Shown here: positions 8,021-16,308 of the stretch, in pieces
Position numbering within the stretch: the stretch's first letter is position 1
Layout: each line of letters begins with the position of its first letter
Assembly (NCBI GenBank): GCA_016871445.1
Contig: VHDH01000006.1
Coordinates: 6,913 to 70,912, forward strand
Length of the DNA stretch: 64,000 nucleotides
DNA from: Verrucomicrobiota bacterium
Lineage (GTDB): Bacteria > Verrucomicrobiota > Verrucomicrobiia > Limisphaerales > SXTU01
Direction: 5' to 3'
The notes under the pieces: model-generated
The model's database searches: none
Told to the model about the DNA's origin: nothing
The model's input: the letters and a program-made list of their open reading frames with translations, nothing else
Translations under genes and position numbers: made by a program

Positions 8021-9544
8021 TCACGGCGAGCACAATCGCGCGCGCAGCGACTCGGGAGAAGTGGCCTCAGCGATGGCCGTAGCAATGAATTCGATCCGTT
8101 GCGGGTCGAACAACTCTAACAGGGACACTTTGAACTCACCCCTGTCGCAAGCGAGCGTGACGTGGTCCCACTGCGCAGAACGGACTGCCGCGGCAAATTT
8201 TTGTATGAGCCGCCCGCGCACGAGGGCGCGAGTGGTGGCAGGCGGTTCAAGCATCGCGCGCTGCACGTCGGCTTCAGCCGTTACACCGCGCATCCTACCA
8301 GATTGTTCGAGGCCGTAATAAAGGCCAGCATCAAAGTCCAAGCGATGGTATTCGAGGTCGAGGCTTTGTAACCAAGGATCATCATCGGCGATGCCCTGCG
8401 CGGACTGGAATTCACGGAGGAGCGCGAGTTTAGCCACCCAGTCGAGCCGATCATGGCAGCGCAACGGATCGGCTTCCAGATCAAGGAGTATGGTTTCCCA
8501 GTCGGCCACGAGTTGGGCGCGTTCAGGAGAAGACAGGTCGCAAAGCTCTTTCACCGCCGTGAGGTAATCACGTTGTACGGTCAAGGCGGTGGCGGGGCGA
8601 CGATTAGCGAGCTTCAATTCCCACCGAAAACACGCGTCGCGCGAGATGGTTCGCAGGTCGGCGAGTGGATCGGTGAGTTGCGGGAAGGGGCGACGCGGCT
8701 CGCGGAGGATAGCCTCCAAAACAAGCGCGGTTGCGCCAACCTTTAGCCGCGTGGCGAAGGGCGAAAGGTTTGCGTCCCCAATAATGACGTGAAAGCGCCG
8801 CCATTGGCGCGGGTCGGCGTGCGGCTCGTCACGTGTGTTAAGAAGCGGGCGCTTCTGCATGGTGTCCACGCTCTGCAGTTCGCTGAAAAAGTCGCTGCGC
8901 TGGGCAATTTGAAAGCGCGGCGCGACAAACCTGTCCTCCGCTTCGATGGCGAACTTGCCTGCACCAGCGAAAATCTGCCGCGTGACGAGGAACGCCTGCG
9001 CCCCCGCCGCCAGCCGATCCCAGAGGAGAGCCCGGGGCAGGAGGTAATTTTCATGGCAACCGTAGCTATGGCCGCGGAAGTCGGTGTTGTTCTTGTAGAG
9101 ACGGACGGTTGCGGCGCGCCGCTGAGAAAGCCGCTGAGCACAGGCCATCACCACGCGCTCGCCCGCGCGGTCGTGGGCGACCAGTTCCGCGAGCGTGCTG
9201 CATTCGGGCGTACAGTATTCCGGATGGGCATGGTCGTTGTAAAAGCGAGCGCCGTTTCCAAGCGCGAGATCGCTCTTGATCTCAGCAAAGGAAAGCTCGC
9301 GTCGAGTGTCCTGCTCAAAATAATTCGCTTCGTCGAAGTCCTGCCGCAACTCGGGCACGTCGAAGCCCCGGTCGTCGTGGTGCGGGTTTTCGGCCTCGTA
9401 ATCCCAGCGCATACGCACGCCCGGCTCCAGCGCGCTGCGGACGAGTGCTATGGATTCGGCTACCACGTCGAGGTCATCTGCCCCGTCACGGGCGATCCCG
9501 TATTCGGTCTCAATGCCAAAAAGAATGGTGGGAGCGGCACTCAT
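8021..9544 (-). CDS. Pup deamidase/ligase family protein (Dop/PafA family; Dop-like by length and N-terminal blocks)
   Basis: 507 aa. Blocks: GIETEYG, RMRWDYEAENPHHDDRGFD, NGARFYNDHAHPEYCTPEC, HDRAGERV, LYKNNTDFRGHSYGCHENYL, FLVTRQIFAGAGK, FQIAQRSDFF, LNTRDEPHADPRQWRRFHVIIGDANLS, LKVGATALVLE, LDWVAKLALL, PPATTRALVRGR. These are colinear with the mycobacterial Dop/PafA sequences as I remember them. Confidence 0.9.
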   Translation of the reverse strand: MSAAPTILFGIETEYGIARDGADDLDVVAESIALVRSALEPGVRMRWDYEAENPHHDDRGFDVPELRQDFDEANYFEQDTRRELSFAEIKSDLALGNGARFYNDHAHPEYCTPECSTLAELVAHDRAGERVVMACAQRLSQRRAATVRLYKNNTDFRGHSYGCHENYLLPRALLWDRLAAGAQAFLVTRQIFAGAGKFAIEAEDRFVAPRFQIAQRSDFFSELQSVDTMQKRPLLNTRDEPHADPRQWRRFHVIIGDANLSPFATRLKVGATALVLEAILREPRRPFPQLTDPLADLRTISRDACFRWELKLANRRPATALTVQRDYLTAVKELCDLSSPERAQLVADWETILLDLEADPLRCHDRLDWVAKLALLREFQSAQGIADDDPWLQSLDLEYHRLDFDAGLYYGLEQSGRMRGVTAEADVQRAMLEPPATTRALVRGRLIQKFAAAVRSAQWDHVTLACDRGEFKVSLLELFDPQRIEFIATAIAEATSPESLRARLCSP

Positions 9545-9563
9545 GTGCGGGGCCGCGCAGGGT

Positions 9564-10043
9564 TCACTCGGGTAAATCCACGCTGGCTACGGCCATCGCG
9601 GCGATGCCTTCCTCGCGGCCAACAAAGCCCATCTTCTCGTTGGTCGTAGCCTTGATACCGACTTTCTTTGGATCGAGGCCAAGGGCGGCGGCGATATTGG
9701 CCTTCATGGCCTGCACGTGCGGCATGAGCTTGGGGGCCTGGGCGATCAACGAGGCGTCTACATTCACAAGGCGGCCTTGGCGGAGAGTGACTTGGCGCGC
9801 GGCCTCCTCCAAGAAAATGCGACTGGGCGCACCTTTCCAGCGGGGGTCGGTGTTAGGAAAGAATTGGCCGATATCGCCCTCACCAATCGCGCCAAGCACA
9901 GCGTCCGTGATGGCGTGCATCAGAGCGTCGGCATCCGAATGACCATCGAGGCCCTTCGTGTGCGGAATGTCCACCCCGCCGAGAATTAGCTTCCGCCCGA
10001 GAACAAGCTGATGAACATCGTAGCCAATGCCGACGTGAATCAT
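9564..10043 (-). CDS. ispF: 2-C-methyl-D-erythritol 2,4-cyclodiphosphate synthase
   Basis: 159 aa. [67 protein letters not shown] is the canonical IspF signature. Confidence 0.95.
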   Translation of the reverse strand: MIHVGIGYDVHQLVLGRKLILGGVDIPHTKGLDGHSDADALMHAITDAVLGAIGEGDIGQFFPNTDPRWKGAPSRIFLEEAARQVTLRQGRLVNVDASLIAQAPKLMPHVQAMKANIAAALGLDPKKVGIKATTNEKMGFVGREEGIAAMAVASVDLPE

Positions 10044-10154
10044 GGCGGTAGTTAATATTCAGTGCTGAGCATTTAATGCCAGATCAGTGGCAAGCCGCGA
10101 GGGGTTGATGTGTCCCAGACTCAAAACTGATGGCTGAACATTGAACACTGTTGC

Positions 10155-11735
10155 TTAGGCTGGCTTACCGCCCTTGAGTCCCTTGACCCGGTAACAGTGG
10201 AACTCGCCGAGTTCCTTGTGCACGACGGTGGTACGGTCGGCCTCGATGATCTTAAAGACTTTTTGGTAAACCTCGGGACCAATAAGCACTTCGCCGTTTC
10301 GCGCGCCCTTAGAGTAATGCGACGCGCGCGTGATGCCCGCGCCCAGCGCGATAAAGTCCATCCTCTCGCCCGTGCCCACGAAGCCATGCAGCACTTCACC
10401 GATGTGGACGCCAACGGCAAGCTCACAATGCGCGGCTTTCTGCGCCGTACGCCGGGTGTTGATCTCTTTAATTGCCTGCTCCATGGCGAGGGCGGCGCAG
10501 ACCGCCTTCTCGTTCTGCTGCAAGTCGGGCTCTGGCGAGCCAAATACGGCAAAGATTTCCTCGCCGCTGGCCTTGATCAGCGTGCCGTCGTAACGGAAGA
10601 CGGCATCCGTTACCGCGCCGAGGTAATCCCGCAGCATCACGGATGCGTCCGCAGGGGGTAGGCCTGCCACCACAGCGAAACCGCGCAGGTCAACGAAAAG
10701 CACGGGCAACTCGGATTTCTGCGTACCCAGATGCAGCCTTTCGAGGCGCAAGTTTTCCAACAGACGCTCCTGCACGCGGGGCGGGAACTTTACCGTGATA
10801 CGGTTCAGCAGCGAGGCATTGTGCGCATTTTTCGACTGAAGATCCTGATTGAAGATGATGACAGCAATGTAATGCGCTACGGCCAACAAAAACTGCATGT
10901 CATCCTCGCTGAACGGCTCGGGATGCGCGGGATCATCGAGGTAGATCGCGCCAAGCGGCTTTTCCTTGAGCAGCAAGGGTGCGTACATCCCGGTCTCAAA
11001 GGTGACAAGTTTCTTGTCGAGGAGGCTGTCCTCGTTGTCACGATGAAGAATGAAGCCATGCCCCTCTTCCATGACGCGGCGGGCGAGCGACTCGCTGACG
11101 ATGACCTCGCCCTGCGGAAGACTCGCACCCACCTGCACCCGACCAGAGGCGGGGTCGTGGAGCATGAGCGCACCGCGCTTCGCGCCGGGGATGAGCGAGA
11201 TGACGCGCGCTAAAATAGCCTGCAGCATCTCTGGGAGTCGCATATCCGGCGTAAAAGAAAGCGGAACTTTGTAAAGGCTGGCGAGACGGCGCTTGAAGTC
11301 TGCATCTGCCGGGGTGTCAGCGGCGGCAGGCACAATCGCCGGCGCGGGCGACTGAGCGGCGGCGGACTTGGCGACTACGGCAACCTTGGGAGCCGCGCCG
11401 GGCTTAGGAGGCAGCACCCCGACAGGGCCGGGAGCGGGAGCCGCAGCGAACTCCAAACGGATTGAAGTTTCACCAGTGCGAATGGCACTTTGCGGCGTGA
11501 CAAGCGTGCTCTCGACATATTCGCCGTCAACCACAGTGCCGTTAGTGCTCTGCGAATCCTCGATCCAGACCTCCCCGTTAGTAACCTTAATGCGGCAGTG
11601 CTTGCGCGAAACCGTCGGGTCGGCCCCTAAATCGAGGTCGGGAGCGCTCAACGGGCTGAGGCGACCGATGAGAATCTCGTTCCGCTCGAAGGTGCGAATT
11701 TCCTCACGACCCTGATAGTTGTAAATGACGCGCAT
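10155..11735 (-). CDS. FHA domain - GAF domain - class III adenylate/guanylate cyclase homology domain protein
   Basis: 526 aa. FHA: ILIGRLS...VSRKHCRIKVTNGEVWIEDSQSTNGTVVDGEYV. A Pro/Ala linker follows, then a GAF-like middle (RGALMLHDPASGRVQVGASL...LGAIYLDD). Cyclase: LPVLFVDLRGFAVVAG, GTLIKASGEEIFAVFGSP, VGVHIGEVLHGFVGTGERMDFIALGAGITRASHY. Confidence 0.85.
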   Translation of the reverse strand: MRVIYNYQGREEIRTFERNEILIGRLSPLSAPDLDLGADPTVSRKHCRIKVTNGEVWIEDSQSTNGTVVDGEYVESTLVTPQSAIRTGETSIRLEFAAAPAPGPVGVLPPKPGAAPKVAVVAKSAAAQSPAPAIVPAAADTPADADFKRRLASLYKVPLSFTPDMRLPEMLQAILARVISLIPGAKRGALMLHDPASGRVQVGASLPQGEVIVSESLARRVMEEGHGFILHRDNEDSLLDKKLVTFETGMYAPLLLKEKPLGAIYLDDPAHPEPFSEDDMQFLLAVAHYIAVIIFNQDLQSKNAHNASLLNRITVKFPPRVQERLLENLRLERLHLGTQKSELPVLFVDLRGFAVVAGLPPADASVMLRDYLGAVTDAVFRYDGTLIKASGEEIFAVFGSPEPDLQQNEKAVCAALAMEQAIKEINTRRTAQKAAHCELAVGVHIGEVLHGFVGTGERMDFIALGAGITRASHYSKGARNGEVLIGPEVYQKVFKIIEADRTTVVHKELGEFHCYRVKGLKGGKPA

Positions 11736-11936
11736 GGTCTAAAATTCTTGTTTATGACATCGCTTCAAGCCTGACCAGCTATACGACTATCGCGCGGGCC
11801 GTGGAAAGGCGACGTATTAAGAGTAAATCCAATGTCGCGTCAGCGGCAAGCACATAGCGGAGGCGCCGGCGGGATGGAAGTTCCATTTCCCTCATCGGCT
11901 GGAGCGGCTGGCTGACAGGGACAAACGTTTCCTTAC

Positions 11937-13139
11937 TTAGGTCGCCAGTGCCGGAGCACAGTCGGTGCGGTCCGTAATGATCGCGGTGGCCGCACCGCGA
12001 GCGGCGGCGATAACGCCTGGCAGCTTCGTGAGCAGGTGATCCACTTCTTCTGCCGTGTTGTAAATGCCGAGACTGAAGCGAATCGATGCCTTCGCACGCG
12101 CCGGAGACAGGCCCATGGCCGTTAGCACATGGCTTGGCGTAAGTGAACCAGTGGTGCAAGCGGAGCCGCTCGACACGCAGATGCCCTCGCGGTCCAGCAA
12201 TAGCAGGATGGCCTCTGCCTCGCAGCCGTTGAAGGTGAGGTTACTCGTGTTTGGCAAGCGGTTGTCGCGGCCGCCATTACGACTCGTGTCAGGGATAGAA
12301 GTGAGAATCGTTTGCTCCAGCCGGTCACGCAGCGCACGGATACGGGTGTTTTCGTCCTGAATCGTGTTAATGGCTAGTTCCGCCGCGCGCCCAAAGCCTA
12401 CAATGTAAGGGACGTTTTCCGTTCCGCCGCGCCGGCCCTGCTCCTGCCCGCCGCCGAGGAGATACGCGTGGAAAGGAGCGGTATAGCGGCAATAGAGCAG
12501 TCCGACGCCTTTGGGTGCGTGCAGCTTGTGCGCTGACAGCGAGAGGAAGTCTACGCCCAACGAATCCACGTCCACCTTTAGTTTGCCCGGCACTTGCACG
12601 GCGTCGGTGTGGTAGAGCACGCCTTGGCTGCGGCAGATGGCGGCGATTTCTTCCAACGGGAAGAGCACACCCGTCTCGTTATTCGCCCACATCACGGATA
12701 CAATCGCAGTATCGGGCCGGATAGACTTTTCCAACAGGTGCAGGTCGAGCGAGCCGTCTGACTCGACGGGCAGGAAAGTCACCTCGTAGCCATGCCGACG
12801 GAGGTATTCACAATACTTCATGTTTGCCGAGTGCTCGACCGCCGTGGTGAGTACATGGCGTTTGTTAGGCTGCGTGATCAGCGCACTATGAATAGCGGCG
12901 TTGTTTGCCTCCGTGCCGCAGCTTGTGAAAACAATCTCCCGCGGATCCGCACCGATAAGCGCAGCCACTTGTTCACGCGCAAGATCCATATGCTTAACGA
13001 CCTGATTGCCGAAACCATAGGCGCTCGAGGCGTTGCCCCACCGCTCGGTAAAGAACGGCATCATGGCTGCTACGACCTCCGGGGCGATCCGCGTGGTAGC
13101 GTTATTGTCGAAGTAGAAAATCCGGCGCTGGCTCATCAT
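11937..13139 (-). CDS. nifS: Cysteine desulfurase, NifS/IscS family (PLP-dependent)
   Basis: IFYFDNNATTRIAPEVV, FTSCGTEANNAAIH, SLSAHKLHAPKGVGLLY (PLP Lys), GGGQEQGRRGGTENV and SSGSACTTGS (catalytic Cys loop). The ORF track extends to 13238. I prefer the ATG at 13139 (MMSQRRIFYFDNN), which removes the overlap with comEC. Confidence 0.9.
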   Translation of the reverse strand: MMSQRRIFYFDNNATTRIAPEVVAAMMPFFTERWGNASSAYGFGNQVVKHMDLAREQVAALIGADPREIVFTSCGTEANNAAIHSALITQPNKRHVLTTAVEHSANMKYCEYLRRHGYEVTFLPVESDGSLDLHLLEKSIRPDTAIVSVMWANNETGVLFPLEEIAAICRSQGVLYHTDAVQVPGKLKVDVDSLGVDFLSLSAHKLHAPKGVGLLYCRYTAPFHAYLLGGGQEQGRRGGTENVPYIVGFGRAAELAINTIQDENTRIRALRDRLEQTILTSIPDTSRNGGRDNRLPNTSNLTFNGCEAEAILLLLDREGICVSSGSACTTGSLTPSHVLTAMGLSPARAKASIRFSLGIYNTAEEVDHLLTKLPGVIAAARGAATAIITDRTDCAPALAT

Positions 13140-13185
13140 CACCGCCGGCTGCGGCCAGCGGAATGGGGACTTTAAGTTTGCTCCC

Positions 13186-15774
13186 TTAAAGCGCAAGAGA
13201 GGATTCAGCCGGTTGACGGGGCGCACTAGGTCGGGCAAGCCAAAACCGTTCGCGTCCGTCCACCGAGGAAATCTTAGCCCCTGTGGAGGAAAAAACGATG
13301 TTTACCGAACCGGTTTCAGCGATCCGGATAAGGTATATCCCGTTGCGGGCTAACCGCGAAAACAATCCCAGCTGAGATCGCTTCGGGGCATACGACGTCG
13401 CGGCGGTCAAAACAATGACGCGAGGTTGGATGGCGGCTAGCAGATCGCTCGTGAGCGGGTCGCCCTGCCCTGGAAGTCCTGCGACCACGACGTCGGCGCG
13501 CAGGTCGCCCCCGCGTGCGAGCAACGCACGCTGTCCCTCGGCGGCCAATTCGGAAAGCAGGAGCACGCGCAAACCGTTAAACTCAGCGCGCAGGACCAAA
13601 GCGCTGTCATCGGCACGGGCGAACTTTTCGGTTCCGGCCGGATGCAGCACTTCCCAGCCGGCAGCAAAGTCACCCGCGGAAATGGTTTTCCAACGGGTGG
13701 GTTCCGCTTCCAGTCGCTGAAGCGCATCTCGATAAACGGGCGACCGGAAGCGTACCGGGCTGGTGAATGTCACCGTCGGACGGAACTCGCTAGTAATCAA
13801 CTCAACGCCACCGACATGCCCTTTGTCTCCGTGGGTGAGTGCGAGGTGCGGCAGCGTGGTGACGCCCTGCGCGTGGAGGAAGGGTTTCACAACCAAGTCC
13901 GCGGCCGATTCCTCACCGCAGTCCACCAATAAGTCACGGTCGCGGCCCGGCGCGTCGCTGTAAACCACGTTCGTACCGTGGCCCAAAACTGTTAAGCGCA
14001 CTTCACCACGTGTGCGATGTTCTGCCACAAGCCAAACAGCGGCGAGGGCTATGAGAATTTTCGCTGCCCAGCTACGTTTGCCCGCGGTCCAGAACCACCC
14101 GGTGATGAGCAAGCCAACCGAGGTGTAGAACGCGAAGAATTCAAAGGTTGTCGGCGCGCGGACGTAAAAAAACGCCAACGGGAGCGTGGTTGTCCACCGG
14201 CTGAAGCTCACCATGCCGCGCATCGAGGCCCAGCCCGCGTGATTGAAAATGTCGGTCAGCCACGGCAACACGTCGCCGGTAATCAGCGCACCCAAGTTAG
14301 CCATGAGTGCAATCGCGCTGAGAGGCACGACAACGAGGTTCGCCAGCAGGCTCGCCGGCGTGACCAAGTGGAAGTAGTGCGCGATCAGCGGTAGCGAGCC
14401 AAGCCACGCAGCCAGCGACGTGGCGAAGCTTGCGGTCACGAAGCGCACGGGCCTGTCCAGCCAGCGCTGCCAGCGCGGGCGCAGTTCGTCGGGCAGAAAG
14501 GGATCCGTCTGAAGCAGGCGTTGGCAGACGTTCTCGAACAGCGGCAGCAGCAGCGCGATGGCGAGCACAACAAAAAACGAGAGCTGGAAGCTGGCCTGAA
14601 ACAGTTGCGTGGGTTGCCACAACAGAATGATGAAGCCCGATGCGGCAAGAGAATTGAGAAGGTTGCCCGGGCGGCGCAGCGACCAACCCGCAACGATGAT
14701 GGTCATCATGATGGTCGAGCGAATGGCCGAGGATTGCCAGCCTGTCGCCGCCGTGTAAAACCAGATGAGTGGCACGATGACCGCGCCACACGCGCCACGC
14801 GGGAGTTGAGCCGCGCGCAGCAGCGCAACGAGGATGCTGGCAATTAGCGCGATGTGAAGACCGCTAATCGCAAAAATGTGCATCGTACCCGAGCGCATGA
14901 ACGGCTCGGCTACCTCATCGGTCAGCGCGGTGCGCCAGCCGAGAGTCATCGCCCATAGGAGCCGGAGTTCCTGGTCTTCTTCCGGCAGCCCGCGCGCCAG
15001 CGTGCGCTGCGCCCAGTCCCGGAAGCGATCAGCGAGGGGCGGTGTGGTGGGCTGGGAGACATCGGCGGCCAACCGCCAGTCGTTTGTGTCCATGCACTGG
15101 AGCTGAAACCACACGCCCTGCCACGCAAGAAACGCACGGTAATCGAACAAGCCCGGAGCCAGCGCGCCGCGCGGCTCGCGTAGCACACCGGTGAGTTCCG
15201 CCACACGACCCGCAAAAAAATTTGTGGCCAATACACCTGGTGTGGTGACGGCCACCCGGCCTACGGCGGGCAGCCATTCTCCGCGACGGCGCAGTGCGGT
15301 CACATCTACCAACGCGTGCGAGCGCGAGGTGAACTGCTCGTTGCGCTCGAAGATTCGCAAGGTCGGCGTCTCCACCAACCGCGCACGCAACGTGACTATT
15401 TCCGGCTCGTCTTTCGCGACGACGCGCAAATCCACCGGGGACAGCACAGCGGTGCGCAACGCCATGTTCACCCAGCCCAGTGCGATCAGCAACGACCACA
15501 GTAGCCAGCTACGGTGCGCCGCCCACAATCCGGCGACCAAAATCACGCCTCCCGCCGCGCAAAACAGCCAGTTCACCGGCACAGGAAAACACGACCCAGC
15601 CAGCACACCGGCGACGTAAACGAGTGCCACCAGGGCGAGCGGGTGTTTGCGCGCCAAACCCGTCAACGCATTGAGCGCCGCCGCAGTCGCGGGCACGGAG
15701 GTGAGTTGGGGCTCCCCGACGTTCAAACAGTGGAATGAGCTGAGACTACTGCCCCCTGCAGGAGTTGCAATCAA
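13186..15774 (-). CDS. comEC: DNA internalization-related competence protein ComEC/Rec2 (DUF4131 + competence + metallo-beta-lactamase domains)
   Basis: 862 aa, polytopic. FMRSGTMHIFAISGLHIALIA is the ComEC core. C-terminal MBL: LTVLGHGTNVVYSD...LLVDCGEES...LALTHGDKGHVGG. TTG start at 15774. Confidence 0.9.
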   Translation of the reverse strand: MIATPAGGSSLSSFHCLNVGEPQLTSVPATAAALNALTGLARKHPLALVALVYVAGVLAGSCFPVPVNWLFCAAGGVILVAGLWAAHRSWLLWSLLIALGWVNMALRTAVLSPVDLRVVAKDEPEIVTLRARLVETPTLRIFERNEQFTSRSHALVDVTALRRRGEWLPAVGRVAVTTPGVLATNFFAGRVAELTGVLREPRGALAPGLFDYRAFLAWQGVWFQLQCMDTNDWRLAADVSQPTTPPLADRFRDWAQRTLARGLPEEDQELRLLWAMTLGWRTALTDEVAEPFMRSGTMHIFAISGLHIALIASILVALLRAAQLPRGACGAVIVPLIWFYTAATGWQSSAIRSTIMMTIIVAGWSLRRPGNLLNSLAASGFIILLWQPTQLFQASFQLSFFVVLAIALLLPLFENVCQRLLQTDPFLPDELRPRWQRWLDRPVRFVTASFATSLAAWLGSLPLIAHYFHLVTPASLLANLVVVPLSAIALMANLGALITGDVLPWLTDIFNHAGWASMRGMVSFSRWTTTLPLAFFYVRAPTTFEFFAFYTSVGLLITGWFWTAGKRSWAAKILIALAAVWLVAEHRTRGEVRLTVLGHGTNVVYSDAPGRDRDLLVDCGEESAADLVVKPFLHAQGVTTLPHLALTHGDKGHVGGVELITSEFRPTVTFTSPVRFRSPVYRDALQRLEAEPTRWKTISAGDFAAGWEVLHPAGTEKFARADDSALVLRAEFNGLRVLLLSELAAEGQRALLARGGDLRADVVVAGLPGQGDPLTSDLLAAIQPRVIVLTAATSYAPKRSQLGLFSRLARNGIYLIRIAETGSVNIVFSSTGAKISSVDGRERFWLARPSAPRQPAESSLAL

Positions 15775-15795
15775 TTGCTCCGCAATTTTACCGGC

Positions 15796-16308
15796 TTACT
15801 TCGACGGACGAGGTTCCTCACCGCATCGCCACCGTCGCCACAACCAGATCAGCAGCAGGCCGCCGCCCGCTCCGGCGGTGTCGAGCGCCACGTCGGTAAG
15901 GGAGCCCTGGCGCGATGCGGTGAGGGTCTGGTGCCATTCATCGCTGGCGGCGAACGCTGCGGCTACAACGAAGGCAAAGGCGGCGTCCTTTGCCCAACCA
16001 ACCTGCTTCCCTTCTAGCCGGGTGAGCCGGCGGGCGCGCCAGAGCAGGGCAGCGAGGATGGCGTAGCCCGCGGCGTGACCCGTCTTGCGCACGAAAAATT
16101 GGGCGTGATCCAAGGTGGCCGGTTTAATGTCCGGCACCAGCCAGCGCAGCAGCGGAATCAGGATCTGGGAGGTGCGGCGGGACGCGCCCATTTCGGTTGA
16201 GGCGCTGAACAGCACCGCCATCCAAAGCAGCACCGGCAGCCAGCCAGGGAGATGTTGGCGAGCGCTCAACGGCAGTTTACCCCTGCCCGGCGTAGAAGTC
16301 ATCCACAC
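15796..16308 (-). CDS. VanZ family membrane protein
   Basis: 170 aa with 4 hydrophobic spans. FVRKTGHAAGYAILAALLW and ASDEWHQTLTASRQGSLTDVALDTAGAGGG match VanZ-like blocks. The start overlaps the upstream TPR gene stop by ~30 nt. Confidence 0.75.
   Translation of the reverse strand: MWMTSTPGRGKLPLSARQHLPGWLPVLLWMAVLFSASTEMGASRRTSQILIPLLRWLVPDIKPATLDHAQFFVRKTGHAAGYAILAALLWRARRLTRLEGKQVGWAKDAAFAFVVAAAFAASDEWHQTLTASRQGSLTDVALDTAGAGGGLLLIWLWRRWRCGEEPRPSK

Noticed and set aside
8005-9564. Search for a Pup-like small gene flanking the Dop-like gene
   Set aside because: The spacers are only 15 nt (8006-8020) and 19 nt (9545-9563). No listed ORF in the window is short, acidic or disordered and ends in GGQ/GGE.
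8789-9649. 286-aa plus-strand ORF overlapping the Dop-like gene and the ispF end
   Set aside because: It is antisense to two genes that have near-textbook motifs. The Arg/Val/Gly-rich product shows no recognisable domain.
11779-12159. 126-aa minus-strand ORF overlapping the 3' end of nifS in another frame
   Set aside because: It overlaps the conserved C-terminal part of the cysteine desulfurase and has an Arg/His/Ser-rich, motif-free translation.
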